A stretch of 19,143 bases of DNA from an uncultured archaeon (lineage in GTDB: Archaea; Asgardarchaeota; Lokiarchaeia; Sigyniarchaeales; SOKP01), in assembly GCA_964388035.1 (NCBI GenBank), contig CAYLZE010000066.1:1-19143 (forward strand), read 5' to 3'. Made by a program: the position numbers and the translations under genes. Positions 17,843-19,143 of this stretch are shown in pieces (within the stretch, counting starts at the first letter, position 1; every line of letters starts with the position of its first letter). The notes below the pieces were generated by a model that was not told the origin of the DNA, ran no database searches, and saw only the letters and a list, made by a program, of their open reading frames with translations.

Positions 17843-19143
17843 GTGAGTCAGATCAGCGATCAAATGAATTTTAAAAACATTGTATCATTGATAAAGGAGC
17901 CTGCTCTCATCTTAGATGATAAATATCATATTATTATCTTTAATGATCCTTTTAAGCTAAAATTCAATTTAAAACCAAGTAATGTCAAAGAAAAGTCAAT
18001 TTTTGAAATAAATGAAGGACAATGGAGTTTTCCCGAGTTTAAAGAGCTATTAACTACTTTACTACTCGAAAATGAAATTATCGAGTCTTATAAACTCACT
18101 CATACCTTCGAAAAGTTAGGGAAGAAAACTTTACTGATAGATATTATGAAATTAGAACTTTCTCCTGAAAGAAATCCATATTTTCTTGTAAAAATGGATG
18201 AAGTAAGCCAAGGAAATATAACAGAAAGCACGCTGCACTGGTTAGAGAATAAATTGCATATTATTAATGAAATTCCAAGGATCTTTTCCACTTATTTGGA
18301 TAATAAAGCCTTTCTAGAATTAGAAAATCTTCTTAAAAGCACTTTTAATTGTGAAAAAGGAAAAGTAGCATGGTTGGATGAAAAAAAAGCGAATATTTTG
18401 TATTACTCACAAAAATTTAATAGGAAGAAGATTAAATTTAATGAATATCATTTCTCACATCAGCTCTGGGATTCAATCTTCGGAACGGGAGTATTAACTG
18501 AGCGAAATTTTAAGTCTGAAAAAGAAGTAATTTTTCCAGAGGGACCAATTAAAATTTTTAATTCGTTAACCACACCTGTTTCTTTTCAAGAAAAGCCAAT
18601 AGGACGGCTGTTAATCCTCAATAAGTCTTCTGGTTTTGATTCTATGGATAAAAATCTATTGGAAGCAATTTCCACGTATTTGGCCCCGATTTTATATAAT
18701 CGATGGCAAAAAAGCGAGCAAAAAACTCAACAAGAGAAACCAATGGAAAATGTAAGTGTAACACTTCCTCTTTCTTCAATTAGCGATCTTGATGATATTG
18801 ATATTCAAATTTTAGACAAACTTTTTGAAGATGGCACTAAAAGTTTACAAGATTTAAGTGCAACAGTCCTTAAAACGGATGGTACTACCATGAGTAGCAC
18901 CGGAATTAAAAAACGAATTAAAAAATTAGTAAAATCAGAAATATTAAAAGTGCAAGGAAACATTAATCTCCAACACATTAAATTTATAATGGCTTTTTAT
19001 CTAGTTCAATTAAAAGAAAATAAAAACATAGATCAATTTTATTCCTTACCGGAAAAATGTCCCCAAATTTTTCTAATGGGGCAATTAACGGGAAAATATA
19101 ATCTAATAATCGGGTTATTGGCTCGAGATTTAGAAGAAATTAA
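17843..19143 (+). CDS. PAS-GAF-Lrp/AsnC (wHTH + RAM) transcriptional regulator, truncated by the window end and absent from the ORF track
   Basis: Open frame from GTG 17843 or ATG 17864 to the end: PAS (EPALILDDKYHIIIFN..SIFEINEGQWSFPEFKELL), GAF (PVSFQEKPIGRLLILNKSSGFDSMDKNLLEAI) and Lrp (LDDIDIQILDKLFEDG..STGIKKRIKKLVKSEIL..LTGKYNLII). Confidence 0.85.
   Translation, partial: MSQISDQMNFKNIVSLIKEPALILDDKYHIIIFNDPFKLKFNLKPSNVKEKSIFEINEGQWSFPEFKELLTTLLLENEIIESYKLTHTFEKLGKKTLLIDIMKLELSPERNPYFLVKMDEVSQGNITESTLHWLENKLHIINEIPRIFSTYLDNKAFLELENLLKSTFNCEKGKVAWLDEKKANILYYSQKFNRKKIKFNEYHFSHQLWDSIFGTGVLTERNFKSEKEVIFPEGPIKIFNSLTTPVSFQEKPIGRLLILNKSSGFDSMDKNLLEAISTYLAPILYNRWQKSEQKTQQEKPMENVSVTLPLSSISDLDDIDIQILDKLFEDGTKSLQDLSATVLKTDGTTMSSTGIKKRIKKLVKSEILKVQGNINLQHIKFIMAFYLVQLKENKNIDQFYSLPEKCPQIFLMGQLTGKYNLIIGLLARDLEEI

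Noticed and set aside
3222-18291. Other short overlapping ORFs (3222, 3905, 4397, 6801, 6937, 8130, 8285, 10150, 10347, 11120, 13469, 13974, 18100)
   Set aside because: All are alternate-frame or antisense shadows of better-supported genes.
1-19143. CRISPR arrays, tRNA/rRNA genes, transposases, SECIS elements
   Set aside because: None recognised by eye: no spaced repeats, no GC-rich structural RNA and no in-frame TGA candidates.

Overview
AT-rich archaeal window, most consistent with an Asgard archaeon of Lokiarchaeia type (inferred from several Roadblock/LC7 proteins, a longin-Roadblock-small GTPase fusion, a Loki-type LRR protein and GGTGA/GGAGG ribosome-binding sites). In order it contains: a three-gene cassette ending in a PIN/VapC nuclease; a cis-prenyltransferase (uppS); a longin/uDENN-like coiled-coil protein; an LRR protein; a minus-strand operon of an unannotated 50-aa ORF, a corrinoid protein with an in-frame TAG and a URO-D/MtaA-family methyltransferase; a Roadblock gene; a MEDS-PAS hybrid histidine kinase; an SDR; a DUF6786-like protein; a Roadblock/GTPase operon; and a 3'-truncated PAS-GAF-Lrp regulator. 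Main finding: the Roadblock gene at 9135-9622 is interrupted by a 32-nt insert that folds into a bulge-helix-bulge (BHB) motif. Cutting at the standard splicing-endonuclease positions restores the reading frame exactly, so this looks like a tRNA-type intron in the mRNA of a eukaryotic-signature protein gene.
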